From Promethearchaeia archaeon (GTDB taxonomy: Archaea > Asgardarchaeota > Lokiarchaeia > Sigyniarchaeales > SOKP01): DNA of 64,000 nt. The position numbers and the translations under genes are program-made. Positions 10,466 through 20,951 of the stretch are shown here, in pieces. The DNA is taken from assembly GCA_029856045.1 (NCBI GenBank), contig JAHQWG010000012.1, forward strand, positions 140,110 to 204,109, written 5' to 3'. Each line of letters opens with the position of its first letter. The stretch's first letter is position 1. Under the pieces are notes generated by a model. It searched no databases, was not told where the DNA came from, and saw only the letters and a list, made by a program, of their open reading frames with translations.

Positions 10466-10984
10466 TTATTGGTTTAAAATTTTATCCACGATTTGGTATA
10501 TTCTTGCTCTTTTTAACTGATCTTTAACGAGAGATTTCAACTTACGTAAATAATATCTATCAGAATTGTTCAATTTATCAATATATGCATATTTTTTTAA
10601 GGTTAAGGTTAATTTTTCATCAAAAAAAGTAGGAGGTATCTCTTTTAATAACTCTATATTGCTCTCTTTATCATTTGTGTCAAGATTTTCATTAGAATTA
10701 ATCAATTCTTTATATTTATAGTTTAAATTTGTAATCCATGTTATTAAATTATCAAGGTCTCCACGTAGATAAGTTCTCGAATTTAAAAATTCTTTAAATT
10801 CCAATACATAAGAGATAAAAGCATTTATTGGGTCTTTCAATTCTGATTCTTGCTTTTGACTCTTCTTAATTGATTCTTTTATTTTTTTTAGCTTCTGTTC
10901 TTTAAAAGGGGATATAATTTTCGTTTTTGATTTTGCTTTATTATTTTTTGAGTTATCCTCATCCAACCATTTATTTAAAGACAT
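10466..10984 (-). CDS. Hypothetical protein
   Basis: 172-aa ORF divergent from the HAD gene; no recognisable motif. Confidence 0.6.
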   Translation of the reverse strand: MSLNKWLDEDNSKNNKAKSKTKIISPFKEQKLKKIKESIKKSQKQESELKDPINAFISYVLEFKEFLNSRTYLRGDLDNLITWITNLNYKYKELINSNENLDTNDKESNIELLKEIPPTFFDEKLTLTLKKYAYIDKLNNSDRYYLRKLKSLVKDQLKRARIYQIVDKILNQ

Positions 10985-11047
10985 TTAATTTCGTTATACT
11001 CAATAAATTTTTATAATCTTCTTATTAAATGTTTAATGTGATTAATA

Positions 11048-11848
11048 ATGGATAATTTATTTAAGAATAAAATCAAACCTAAAGGTATTATTTTTGATTT
11101 TGGTTTCACACTATTCTATTTTAAAAATCCATCGCTTGAAAGATATATAGAAATTGAATATCAAGGTCTAAATTTAGTTGCAGAATTTTTAAAAAACGAA
11201 GGGCTCTTTAATAAGAATCAAATTGATACATTTGTTGAAAATGTTAAGAAACAGAACAGAAAATTTTGGCAATTGAGCATAAAGACCAAATTAGAATATC
11301 CTACTGCGAAAATTCTAGAATTTGTCTTAAAGAATATGAAGAATTTGGAACCTTCTATGTTAGAAAAATTTCTCACTACTGAAAATTTAAAAAAAATATC
11401 TGATAAATATCATTCGTTTTCTGATGATGCATGGATTCCTTTTGCAGATACTAAACAAACCTTAATAACGTTATTAGATGCAAAGATTAAAACAGCTGTT
11501 TTATCTAATGCTAAACATCATGATAGTATAATTAAAATGCTTAAGAAACATAATCTTTTAAATTATTTTAATACAATTGTAACATCTGCAGGTTTCGGTA
11601 AGAGAAAACCAAATATAGAAATATTTCATTTTACTCTTGAAGAATTAGGTTTATCTCATTGCCCAGAGAGTTGCCTTATGATAGGAGACGAAGCAGCGGA
11701 TATGATTGGTGGAAAAAAAACCAAATTAAATACATTTTTAATAAAAAGATCTTTTAAATTCCCCTTCGAACAAGATATCCTGCCTAAATATAAACCAGAT
11801 TATACAATCAATAAAATTTCTGATATCTTAAATTATATTCAGATTTAA
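11048..11848 (+). CDS. HAD family hydrolase
   Basis: IIFDFGFTL, VLSN, KRKP, MIGD-x3-DMIGG. Confidence 0.9.
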   Translation: MDNLFKNKIKPKGIIFDFGFTLFYFKNPSLERYIEIEYQGLNLVAEFLKNEGLFNKNQIDTFVENVKKQNRKFWQLSIKTKLEYPTAKILEFVLKNMKNLEPSMLEKFLTTENLKKISDKYHSFSDDAWIPFADTKQTLITLLDAKIKTAVLSNAKHHDSIIKMLKKHNLLNYFNTIVTSAGFGKRKPNIEIFHFTLEELGLSHCPESCLMIGDEAADMIGGKKTKLNTFLIKRSFKFPFEQDILPKYKPDYTINKISDILNYIQI

Positions 11849-13395
11849 TTCTCTCCTTCATGCTTAGATTCGATTTCTACCTCATATACATCTAAAAATT
11901 CAATCATATTCTTAATTAAATTATCAAGAAATGTTATTCTATTTTTTTCATATATTATTTTTACAAAAGAATCTTCCAATCTATTTTTTGATTCTTTTAA
12001 ATGTTTAATATTTAATTCTTGCAATTCAATATAGGAATCTCTATATAAATTCAAAATTTCTCTTAAGGATAAATTTTTACTAGGGCGAACACAAGTTAAA
12101 CCATAATCTAATTGTTCCTTATATTTCCACCAATCAAGAAAATAAAATTCACTTCCATATGTCTCTCGATAATAATCCAAATTGCAATATAGTGGCGTTC
12201 CTGGAAAATTTCGAAATAAATTATAATTCAAATTAACTAAATCAACTTTCTCAGAAATCTTTTTCGCAAAATCAAATGTTTCCTTAAAAGATTGTCTTGT
12301 TTCGCCAGGATGATTGATAATAATATTTAAAACGCAGAACATCTCCAACTTTTCTGAAATTTTCATAATTTCATTAAATTTTTCTATATATTGAGCGGGA
12401 TTTTTGGTTTTATTCATGATTGAAAGCATTTGTTTCGAATAAGTCTCTAATCCATACATCAATGAGACTTTTCGGGCTGCCAGTTTAGTTAAAACATCTT
12501 CATTTAAAACATCCAACCGACATTCGGCCCACACGTGAAAATCAGGCTCTATAGGGTATAAATCCAAAAATTTTAATAGCCATTGCCGATTAAAGCCGAA
12601 AATGGGGTCATAAAAAGCATATGATTTAATATTATTAATTTCACCAAATTTAAGCATAGATTCAAATTCTATTTTTGCACGTTTTGGAGTATAACTTCTC
12701 CATTTTTTATGTATGTTTCCAGTTCCTTCAATCAATTTTTTTTCCATACAAAATGAGCAATTAAAAGGACAACCCCTACTAAGAGAAATGCTTAATGTGG
12801 TGAATTCTTTTAAATATTTTTCATATAAAGAGAAATCTATTACCGGAAGATCATCTAATTGTTCAATGGGATTGTTTAAATATTTTTTAGGTGTTTTTCT
12901 CTTTTTAAATCCATCATTAATAATATCTAGGAAGGATCTTTCACCCTCTCCAATAATAATATAATCTATAGGTGTCTGGTTAAATATAAAATCCTGAGGG
13001 ACAGAGCTAACATGAGCTCCACCTAAAACAATGGGAATTTGCGGATAATTCTTCTGGAAATATTTCGCAATCATCATAGTAGGAATAAAATGCTTTGATG
13101 TGGGAACGGTTATTGCAATAATTGAATTTGTATCTAACTCAAAATTTATTGTGTCTATTAATTTATCCATTTGAGAGTGAAATTTTTCTATTGGTTCAAA
13201 TTGATTTGGATTAAAATTACCTAACTTCTCTTCTTTAATTAGGTCAATTATATCAGTTTTCACATTTCCTATCTTACTCTTTATGAGATTCTCTATATAA
13301 ACGGGTCCTATTAAGATTTCTTCGAGCATATACTCTTTCTTCCCTAAAATATTTGGATTCACAAATAAGATATTTAATTTTTCTTCTTTAATCAT
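11845..13395 (-). CDS. B12-binding-domain radical SAM protein
   Basis: LGGAHVS, IIGEGE, SRGCPFNCSFC (CxxxCxxC), GLET, PGET, PGTPLY. Confidence 0.92.
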   Translation of the reverse strand: MIKEEKLNILFVNPNILGKKEYMLEEILIGPVYIENLIKSKIGNVKTDIIDLIKEEKLGNFNPNQFEPIEKFHSQMDKLIDTINFELDTNSIIAITVPTSKHFIPTMMIAKYFQKNYPQIPIVLGGAHVSSVPQDFIFNQTPIDYIIIGEGERSFLDIINDGFKKRKTPKKYLNNPIEQLDDLPVIDFSLYEKYLKEFTTLSISLSRGCPFNCSFCMEKKLIEGTGNIHKKWRSYTPKRAKIEFESMLKFGEINNIKSYAFYDPIFGFNRQWLLKFLDLYPIEPDFHVWAECRLDVLNEDVLTKLAARKVSLMYGLETYSKQMLSIMNKTKNPAQYIEKFNEIMKISEKLEMFCVLNIIINHPGETRQSFKETFDFAKKISEKVDLVNLNYNLFRNFPGTPLYCNLDYYRETYGSEFYFLDWWKYKEQLDYGLTCVRPSKNLSLREILNLYRDSYIELQELNIKHLKESKNRLEDSFVKIIYEKNRITFLDNLIKNMIEFLDVYEVEIESKHEGEN

Positions 13396-13586
13396 ATCAA
13401 TAATATTTAAAATTATTTAGAGTTTAAAATCTCCGATAAATTTACTTAAAATTATACATTTTAAATTTAATAGGATTTTCAATTTTCTTCATAATATTTT
13501 AAGGAATTATGGAAATTTAACAAAATTTTCATTTATTTCTTAATTTAAAGTTATTTTTAAATAGATTCTATTAGAATTTAATATTA

Positions 13587-14957
13587 ATGTTAAAAGCGGA
13601 AATTAAAAAAAGTATTATCAATGATATATCTTCTCATAGGTTAGGCGCAGTCTTATATATTGAGATTTATAATTTTATTTGTAGCTCGAAAAGTCCTAAT
13701 CCAATTTCTGAGAATAAATTACATGAAATACTTTTTAAAATGATTAAATCTAAAGAACTCGATTTGATAATTCCGGATCCTTTTTTAATCAAATGGGAAA
13801 AAAAAACTTTAAAAAATTTAAACTATCTGCAAGATAACGACCATTACGTAAGAAATTTTTATTACATCAATGATAAGCTTATCAATAACTCAAATAAAAA
13901 TCAACCCTTAATTGATACAAGGCCTTTAAATAAAGATGAAGGTGGAAAATTAGAATTAACTGCAGAGAGATTTATTAATATTATTTCAAAATTTCCCAGA
14001 ATCAAAGAAAAGATTATTTTTTCATTACCAAATAAATTTCCTTCAATAAAATTACATTTTATTGATAATATATTTGAAAGGGAAAAATTAGTAGAGAAAT
14101 CTTTTGATACTCAAATTAAAAAGATTGATAAAAAACAAGATAAAATTGTAATAAAATTAAAGGAACAGGAAGATGCAATTGAACTTATCAAAAAATATCG
14201 AGAGAAATATATGTGTGTTTATATTACTCTTATAGAAACAATTCAAAAAGAATTATCCTATCTGGAAAAATATAAATCTAAGATTGATAATTATGAGGAA
14301 ATATATAGTGATGTTATGGAAGCTTTTAAAAAATATTCTATAATGTTCGCCGAAGAGGCATGGACTGAAGATTCAATAACAGTTCGGAAGGGAATAATTA
14401 TAAAAACTGGAAAACTATATTATTCTTCTGTAATTTTTAAAGAAGAGTTCTTTTTAATCAAAGGAAATCAAGAGTATTGGGTACTTTTTGATATGAAAAA
14501 ATTTCCAGGTTTATTAAATTTTTTATTAAAATTAGGATACGAGGAAATGGGGATTGATAAAAAAAATGATTTAAACAGAGTTGGATCAAAATTAACTTTT
14601 GAATTTCCATTTTCGAACGTAGAGCAATTATTTTTTTTATGTAAATATATTTTTATGGCAAACTTATTTCATTTACTATTTTTAATAAATTTATTTTTTA
14701 AGATAAATGGAGATCTTACAAAATTAGACGAAAAAAGAGATAACTTATCTGAAATATTTTTACCCATTTTAAAACCACTATTTAACATTAATCAAGTAAA
14801 ACCTGCAAAAAAGATCACTTTTGCATTCCCTGATGCAAACAAGGACGAAATGAATATAATATTTCATCGATTCCTTTTTTTCAATTCTCGTATAGTTGAA
14901 CAAAAGTTACGATTTTTTCAATCATTATACAAACGAAAATTAGAAAAAACTGGTTAG
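13587..14957 (+). CDS. Hypothetical protein
   Basis: 456-aa ORF with a central coiled-coil-like segment; ends 3 nt from the tRNA 3' end. Confidence 0.65.
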   Translation: MLKAEIKKSIINDISSHRLGAVLYIEIYNFICSSKSPNPISENKLHEILFKMIKSKELDLIIPDPFLIKWEKKTLKNLNYLQDNDHYVRNFYYINDKLINNSNKNQPLIDTRPLNKDEGGKLELTAERFINIISKFPRIKEKIIFSLPNKFPSIKLHFIDNIFEREKLVEKSFDTQIKKIDKKQDKIVIKLKEQEDAIELIKKYREKYMCVYITLIETIQKELSYLEKYKSKIDNYEEIYSDVMEAFKKYSIMFAEEAWTEDSITVRKGIIIKTGKLYYSSVIFKEEFFLIKGNQEYWVLFDMKKFPGLLNFLLKLGYEEMGIDKKNDLNRVGSKLTFEFPFSNVEQLFFLCKYIFMANLFHLLFLINLFFKINGDLTKLDEKRDNLSEIFLPILKPLFNINQVKPAKKITFAFPDANKDEMNIIFHRFLFFNSRIVEQKLRFFQSLYKRKLEKTG

Positions 14958-14960
14958 AAA

Positions 14961-15082
14961 TGGGGGTAGGGGGATTTATTCACAAAAAGCGAAATGCTTT
15001 TTCTTTTGAACCCTCGGCCTTTAGCTCCGCAAGCTAACGCCCTTTCTGGAACAAAAAGTTATCCATACTAGGCTATACCCCC
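14961..15082 (-). tRNA. tRNA-Arg (anticodon GCG) with two non-canonical introns (D-loop about 15-17 nt, T-loop about 30 nt)
   Basis: Minus strand: acceptor GGGGGTA/TACCCCC+A; D-stem GCCT/GGGC; anticodon arm TTAGC-TTGCGGA-GCTAA; variable loop AGGCC; T arm GAGGG-TTCAA[insert]AT-CCCCC; both inserts flanked by BHB-like 4-bp helices; TATA-like run near 15111-15120. Confidence 0.92.
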
Positions 15083-15577
15083 ATATTTCTTATATATTTT
15101 CTTTTCAATCTATATATATTCTAAATCTTTCCTACATTATAATTTTATTAATTATCATTTTTCTATGTTTTAGAGATTCTTTAACTTCTGGCTTTCCCAG
15201 TTGATCCCCAATTTACGAGATCTTATCCAAATATGAAATCTCAATACTTATTCTGGTTAAATGAATTATGTCAAAGATATATTCAAATATAGAAAATATT
15301 TAAATTTTATAAGTTCTTCATTATCAAATTTTTTAATTTTATATGTACTTGATTAAATGCTCTGCTTTACATTAAGAAGTTGTTTAAGTAGTTCCGATTT
15401 ACTAAAGAGGACTTTATCAATTATAATTATATTTAATTTTAATCTTTTCAAAAAAGGAAGATTAATAAATCCTATTTTTTATTCACGTAATATAAGGGTT
15501 ATTAATAAAAAGATAGACCCTTTAAAAAATAACTCAAAAGACTGGAATTTAGTTTAAACAAACTAATTTGAGGAAAT

Positions 15578-17911
15578 ATGACTTTTAGTTTAGAGTTAGC
15601 AAAAGAAAAATTTAAGGACCTTTTTAAATATTCTTTAGACCTAATTTATGTTCATGATTTTAGAGGAAAATTTCTTGATGCAAATGAAATCACGTTAGAA
15701 AAACTAGGTTATAAAAGGGAAGAAATTAACAATTTAAGTTTCAAGGATTTGATTAGTAAAGATCAATTAACAGTAGCATTTAAGGCATTAACAGAAATTA
15801 GAGATTTTGGAAAGCAAATAACACCTAGAGAATATAGACTTAAAACGAAAAATGGAGATTTTATTTATGTCGAAACATATGGCATTCCGCTAAAAGAGGA
15901 TGGAAAAATTTTTGGAATTTTTGGGATTGCTAGAGATATTACAGAACGGATGATAGCAGAACAAAAATTAAAAGAATCCGAAGAGAAATATCGAAGACTT
16001 GTTAATAACATAACAGATATAATAATAGAGGAGGACCTCAATAGCAAAATTTTATATCTAAGTCCCAAAATTTTTGAGATTTTGGGTTATCAACCTCAAG
16101 AACTAATTGGATCAAAATTGTATAAATATATTCATCCCAAGGATTTTCCAATGGCTGTGGAAAGAGCAAAAGAATTAGTAAATACTGGGAAGATTGAAGC
16201 ACTGCGTTATAGATTACGCCATAAAGATGGACATTATGTTGAAACATCTGCAAAAGGTACTATATATAAAATTAATGGAAAAAACAGATATATTGGTGTA
16301 ATAAGGGACATCACCGAACAAATAAAAGCAACACAAAAACTAAAAGAATCAGTAGAAAAATATAGAGCAGTAGTCGAACAGGCAAATGACGGTATCGTGA
16401 TAATTCAAAATGAGTTATTCAAATATGTAAATCCCAATATTTGTGAAATGTCGGGTTATACTCGTGAAGAGTTAATAGATAATTCATTTAAAATTATAGT
16501 GAATCCCGAAGTAGTTGATGAGGTAGCAGATAGACATACACGTAGAATGGTGGGAGAAGATGTTCTTAAAAAATACGACACTCTACTTATTAGTAAAGAT
16601 GGAAAGAGAATTGACGTGTCAGTTAATGTAAGTATTATTATGTATAATGGAAAACCTGCAAATTTAACCATTTTTCATAATATCACTGAACGCAAGAAAA
16701 TGGAGGAGAGATTAAAAGAATCGGAAGAAAAATATCGAGATATACTTGATAATATTGAAGAAGGATATTTTGAACTTGATCTGAATGGTAATTTTACTTT
16801 TGTAAATGAATATCATAGTAATTTCTTAGGTATTCCAAAAGATGAAATAATAGGAAAAAATTATGCAGATTTTGTAGATCAGAAATATAAAAAAATGTTA
16901 TTTAAAATCTTCACTCAAGTTTATAGAGAAGAGGTTCCTAGTGCAACATTTGATGTTGAGGTTACTAGATATGACGGAGTGAAACGAGTATATGAAGGTA
17001 CTTGTAATTTAAAATTAGATTCTAACGGTAAAAAAATTGGTTTTTACAGTCTAACCCGTGATATCACAGAAAGAAAAAAAATGGAGGCGTTAAGAGAAAA
17101 ATTTACAGAGCAATTAAAAATTGAAGTAGGTATGAAAACCAAGGAATTGCAAGAGATAATATCCCAACAAAAATTGTACCTTGAACAAATCATAAAAGCC
17201 TCACAGTTTAAGACAGAATTTATGGGTTCAATGTCTCATGAGTTAAGAACTCCTCTAAATGCAATTATTGGATTTACTGATTTACTTCTTGAGAGTTCTT
17301 ATGGACCAGTAAATGAAGATCAATTCGATTTTCTTAAGGATATTAAATCTTCTGGAGAACACTTGTTATATATGATAGATCAGATTTTAAATATTTCAAG
17401 AATTGAAGCGGGCGAATTAAATTTAAGATTCCAAGAAATTAACTTAAAAAGTCATATTGCTCAAATAAAGTCATCAATTCAGCCTATGTATGAAAAGAAA
17501 AAATTAGAATTTGAAATTATTGGGTTAGATACGGATAAAAGTATTTATGCAGATCCAATAAGGTTAAAGGAAATATTTTATAACTTATTAACTAATGCCA
17601 TAAAATTCACTAATAAAGGAAAAATAACACTTAAAATTTTGGACAAAGAAGATCAGTGGGAATTTCAAGTGATTGATACAGGTATAGGGATTATGAAGAA
17701 AAATTTTGATTTAATCTTTAAGGAATTTAAGAGGGTAGAATCTCCAGAGGTTATTGCTGTTTTGGGAAGTGGGTTAGGATTACCAATAACTAGAAAATTA
17801 GTATATATGCACGGAGGAACAATTTCTTTTACAAGCGAAATAGGTAAAGGTTCAACTTTTATTTTTACTATTCCAAGAAATATAGAGCAAAAAAATCAAG
17901 AATTAGAATAA
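15578..17911 (+). CDS. Cytoplasmic sensor histidine kinase with four PAS domains
   Basis: Four PAS/PAC repeats ending in R/H-D/N-ITE; H-box SHELRTPLNAI; N-box NAIKFT; DTGIG; GSGLGL; GKGSTF. Confidence 0.96.
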   Translation: MTFSLELAKEKFKDLFKYSLDLIYVHDFRGKFLDANEITLEKLGYKREEINNLSFKDLISKDQLTVAFKALTEIRDFGKQITPREYRLKTKNGDFIYVETYGIPLKEDGKIFGIFGIARDITERMIAEQKLKESEEKYRRLVNNITDIIIEEDLNSKILYLSPKIFEILGYQPQELIGSKLYKYIHPKDFPMAVERAKELVNTGKIEALRYRLRHKDGHYVETSAKGTIYKINGKNRYIGVIRDITEQIKATQKLKESVEKYRAVVEQANDGIVIIQNELFKYVNPNICEMSGYTREELIDNSFKIIVNPEVVDEVADRHTRRMVGEDVLKKYDTLLISKDGKRIDVSVNVSIIMYNGKPANLTIFHNITERKKMEERLKESEEKYRDILDNIEEGYFELDLNGNFTFVNEYHSNFLGIPKDEIIGKNYADFVDQKYKKMLFKIFTQVYREEVPSATFDVEVTRYDGVKRVYEGTCNLKLDSNGKKIGFYSLTRDITERKKMEALREKFTEQLKIEVGMKTKELQEIISQQKLYLEQIIKASQFKTEFMGSMSHELRTPLNAIIGFTDLLLESSYGPVNEDQFDFLKDIKSSGEHLLYMIDQILNISRIEAGELNLRFQEINLKSHIAQIKSSIQPMYEKKKLEFEIIGLDTDKSIYADPIRLKEIFYNLLTNAIKFTNKGKITLKILDKEDQWEFQVIDTGIGIMKKNFDLIFKEFKRVESPEVIAVLGSGLGLPITRKLVYMHGGTISFTSEIGKGSTFIFTIPRNIEQKNQELE

Positions 17912-17979
17912 TAATCCTTATATTCTAAATCGGTTTAGTTATAAAAAATAGTTTATATTAGACATAACAGAAACTAAAA

Positions 17980-19080
17980 TTAGATAATATTAACAATATC
18001 CTTGCATTTGGTTTCGCATATTTGCTTACCAATTTTTGCAATTCTAGATACTAACTCTGAAATTTTCCAATGTTCATAATCTTTAACATAAGTATTAAAG
18101 GTATCTTTTAATGGCTCTCTCCACTTTGATTTTATCATTTCTACACCAATTTGAGCTCCAACAATCGCTCCTACATTGCCACAATTACAATCTGTGTCCA
18201 AACCAAGCATTGCTGCAATACAAATTGAATGTCCAAGGGGATCTTCTTTTGCATTAGCGCCATACAATAATGATAAAATTATAAAACCTGCATTAGGTAA
18301 TACATGAACTCCTGATAATATCTCGTGATTTAAGAATTCCCTCTTTCTTCTAACGTTAGCTTTTTGTACTAATTCTGCTCTTATTATATTCCAATATTCC
18401 ATTAATTTCTCTCTTGCTTTTCGAAAATTATTCGTATTTTCATCATATAATTCAATTGCTTTAAAAATCATATCTGTATATCTACTTTCTTCTCTTAAGG
18501 GAAGTAATTTTATTGAATTATGAATATTTTTTCTAATATCTTTTTCAAAAAAAGCATTAGATATTAATGTCGCTACATATACTTCCCCATCAATACCAAT
18601 TCCGGTATGTGAAATAGATCCATCAATTTCTGCGTAATATTTAGCCATCCTTGGACAACCAGGACATATTTGCCCCCAAATATCTGCTCTCATTTGTGCT
18701 CCAATAGCATCATACCAAATATTTTTTGTAATTCCTGATTTGGGTGGATCGATTCCTTTTCTTAAATTTTTTAAAGCTACTCTCTCTGCGGTGAAATTTT
18801 GTTTATAGAGGCGATTCACCCATTCCTTTGTAATATCTTTTGAAGAAATATCAAGTCCATGTTTTTCTAACGCAATAAGAGCACATATTTCATACATTTC
18901 ATCATCATTGACATAATTGACATCAATTGGTTTTAAATAAGAGTCTATTGTTCCATATTTTTGCTTAATGAAATCATAAGGTTTAAACTCAATTGGAGCA
19001 CCAACATGGTCTCCCGCAACTCTACCAATCCAACTGCCTAAAACTCTATTATAATAATTTTCAAATTTTATTTGTTTCAA
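17980..19080 (-). CDS. ADP-ribosylglycohydrolase family protein
   Basis: GDHVGAPIE, NDDE, IGAQMRAD, GLDTDCN motifs. Confidence 0.9.
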   Translation of the reverse strand: MKQIKFENYYNRVLGSWIGRVAGDHVGAPIEFKPYDFIKQKYGTIDSYLKPIDVNYVNDDEMYEICALIALEKHGLDISSKDITKEWVNRLYKQNFTAERVALKNLRKGIDPPKSGITKNIWYDAIGAQMRADIWGQICPGCPRMAKYYAEIDGSISHTGIGIDGEVYVATLISNAFFEKDIRKNIHNSIKLLPLREESRYTDMIFKAIELYDENTNNFRKAREKLMEYWNIIRAELVQKANVRRKREFLNHEILSGVHVLPNAGFIILSLLYGANAKEDPLGHSICIAAMLGLDTDCNCGNVGAIVGAQIGVEMIKSKWREPLKDTFNTYVKDYEHWKISELVSRIAKIGKQICETKCKDIVNII

Positions 19081-19245
19081 ATTAATAATCTCGGAAATCT
19101 TTAGCTTTTACTAGTTCTTTGTTTTTTTATTTTATATAGATTTCGTGTAAAAATCGCTTTTGAAAAGATTATTATGACCAAGGATGAATTGTAAGTAAGA
19201 ACTTATATAAAAAATAGATATAAATTTAGACTTAGCAGTAAAAAT

Positions 19246-20337
19246 TTAAATATTTGTGAGTTCTTTCTCATACTTTTGAACATCAAACAGAGAAATATCT
19301 TTATCAATTATTATTTCTTTTTTAACTCCGAGATAAGCACATGCAAGCTTGGTTGCTGCGACAATTTCTGCCTTTTTCAGAGTAGTAGAATATTCCTCAT
19401 CTCCATATTGATTTGCTCTCTCTCTTTTCATTCCATATAGAAGAGATGCAATCTTATCAGCTACTTTGAAAGATAATTGATTTTTTACAACGATTCGGGT
19501 AATATTATTTATATCAAAATAGTTTAGGTTTTCATGTTTCGCTCGAATATAACCTTTTAAATTATCTGAATTTCTTTCACATTCTATACCAGTCCAATCG
19601 AACAATGATAATTGCCTTCTGAAATATATCATCTCCCAATTAATTCCAAGCTCTTGAAGGAATTGATATAATAACTCGTCATCAAATTTTTTTGCCTCAA
19701 TTATAATATAAAGCTGTATGCCGTAGTATTTATGAACTTCCTGTAAATAATATCCTCTCTGTTGCATGCTCGATAATAATTTTAATTTAATTGATGAAAT
19801 ATTAGGGGAAAGATTCTTTTTTTGGCAACTTAAATATATAACGTTTCCTTCCTCATTTATATACTCTCTATTTAAAAAGCCAATAATACTTTCACGATTT
19901 TCTTGAATAAATTCCATTAATCCGTTCAATGTAGGATGAACATTATTAATAGTCAAATCAGATTCTTCAATTGATACATAATCATCTTTTTCCCCGCCAA
20001 CTGATATTCTTATCTTATTTAGATCTAGATCTTTTTCGTCCCCAAATACTTTTTTAATTGAATCATTAATAGGAAAGATTTCTTCCACCAAAATCTTAAC
20101 ATCTGCCATAGATATTTCATATGGCTCCGGACTTCCCATAAATTTATTTACAATTGGCGCTTCCGATGCTTCAATTTGTAGATCATAATTATTTGAGAGA
20201 TCAATTCTTATAATTAATTTCGCATTTTCTGGTCTACTAATCACAGTAACTGAAGTTCGATCATCTACTACAGCTCTAAACTTTTCTCCCTCTTTAGATT
20301 CTGTTCTCCGCTCACTATTCCTTCTCATTCTTCTCAA
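19246..20337 (-). CDS. Hypothetical protein with PIP-like motif and TFIIB/cyclin-like C-terminal region
   Basis: 363-aa ORF; RQLSLFDW; C-terminal helical pattern resembling a TFB repeat. Confidence 0.6.
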   Translation of the reverse strand: MRRMRRNSERRTESKEGEKFRAVVDDRTSVTVISRPENAKLIIRIDLSNNYDLQIEASEAPIVNKFMGSPEPYEISMADVKILVEEIFPINDSIKKVFGDEKDLDLNKIRISVGGEKDDYVSIEESDLTINNVHPTLNGLMEFIQENRESIIGFLNREYINEEGNVIYLSCQKKNLSPNISSIKLKLLSSMQQRGYYLQEVHKYYGIQLYIIIEAKKFDDELLYQFLQELGINWEMIYFRRQLSLFDWTGIECERNSDNLKGYIRAKHENLNYFDINNITRIVVKNQLSFKVADKIASLLYGMKRERANQYGDEEYSTTLKKAEIVAATKLACAYLGVKKEIIIDKDISLFDVQKYEKELTNI

Positions 20338-20486
20338 ATAAAGAACAACCTTTTAGAAAATATTTATATAAAGAAATTATCTCTCTTAATAAAGAATAAT
20401 AATTTTAACATAAATTCTTATTGATCTTTTTTTTGATAATATTGTAAAAATATTTAGAATCTAAAAAGATTCCAAAAAAAAAAATT

Positions 20487-20681
20487 CTATTTTTTTTCTT
20501 CCATCTCTAATTCCTCTTTCAGAAAATATTTATCCCCTTTCTTTGTATATATAATTATGTTACCCCAATTATTACGGAGGGTATAATTATCTCCATCAAC
20601 AGAAATAAGTTCTATTGAGTATGGAAGATTTTTCGTACTCCTTATTTCTACTAAAATTGCTTTCTCTTGTTCCTCATCCAT
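20487..20681 (-). CDS. Small hypothetical protein
   Basis: 64-aa ATG ORF, protein-like composition, isolated in an AT-rich intergenic region. Confidence 0.6.
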   Translation of the reverse strand: MDEEQEKAILVEIRSTKNLPYSIELISVDGDNYTLRNNWGNIIIYTKKGDKYFLKEELEMEEKK

Positions 20682-20951
20682 AAGAGTGAAAATAATTGAT
20701 TGTAAAAAAATTTTTTGATTAAATTTGGTTAAAAAAGTAAAAAAAAAACAGAGACTAAAAAAAATTCAATTACAAAAACCAATAATAAATCTATTTCCAT
20801 TAAGACTGCGGAATATTTATTAAAAACTATCAATTTTTTTAATAAAAATACATAAAACAAGGATTTATATAAATCAATAGCTAAATAAATATATATCACA
20901 CTATTAATAATTTTAAAACTAATTATAGGAAAGAATAGAGTTCAAGTTTAG

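Noticed and set aside
15357-15557. 66-aa ORF upstream of the histidine kinase
   Set aside because: Composition matches AT-rich intergenic DNA; no motif or SD
15900-17090. Recurrent nucleotide similarity (GATAT-x-AC-x-GAA...AAAGAATC-x-GAAGA-x-AAATA)
   Set aside because: Explained by tandem PAS-PAC domain linkers, not a separate repeat element
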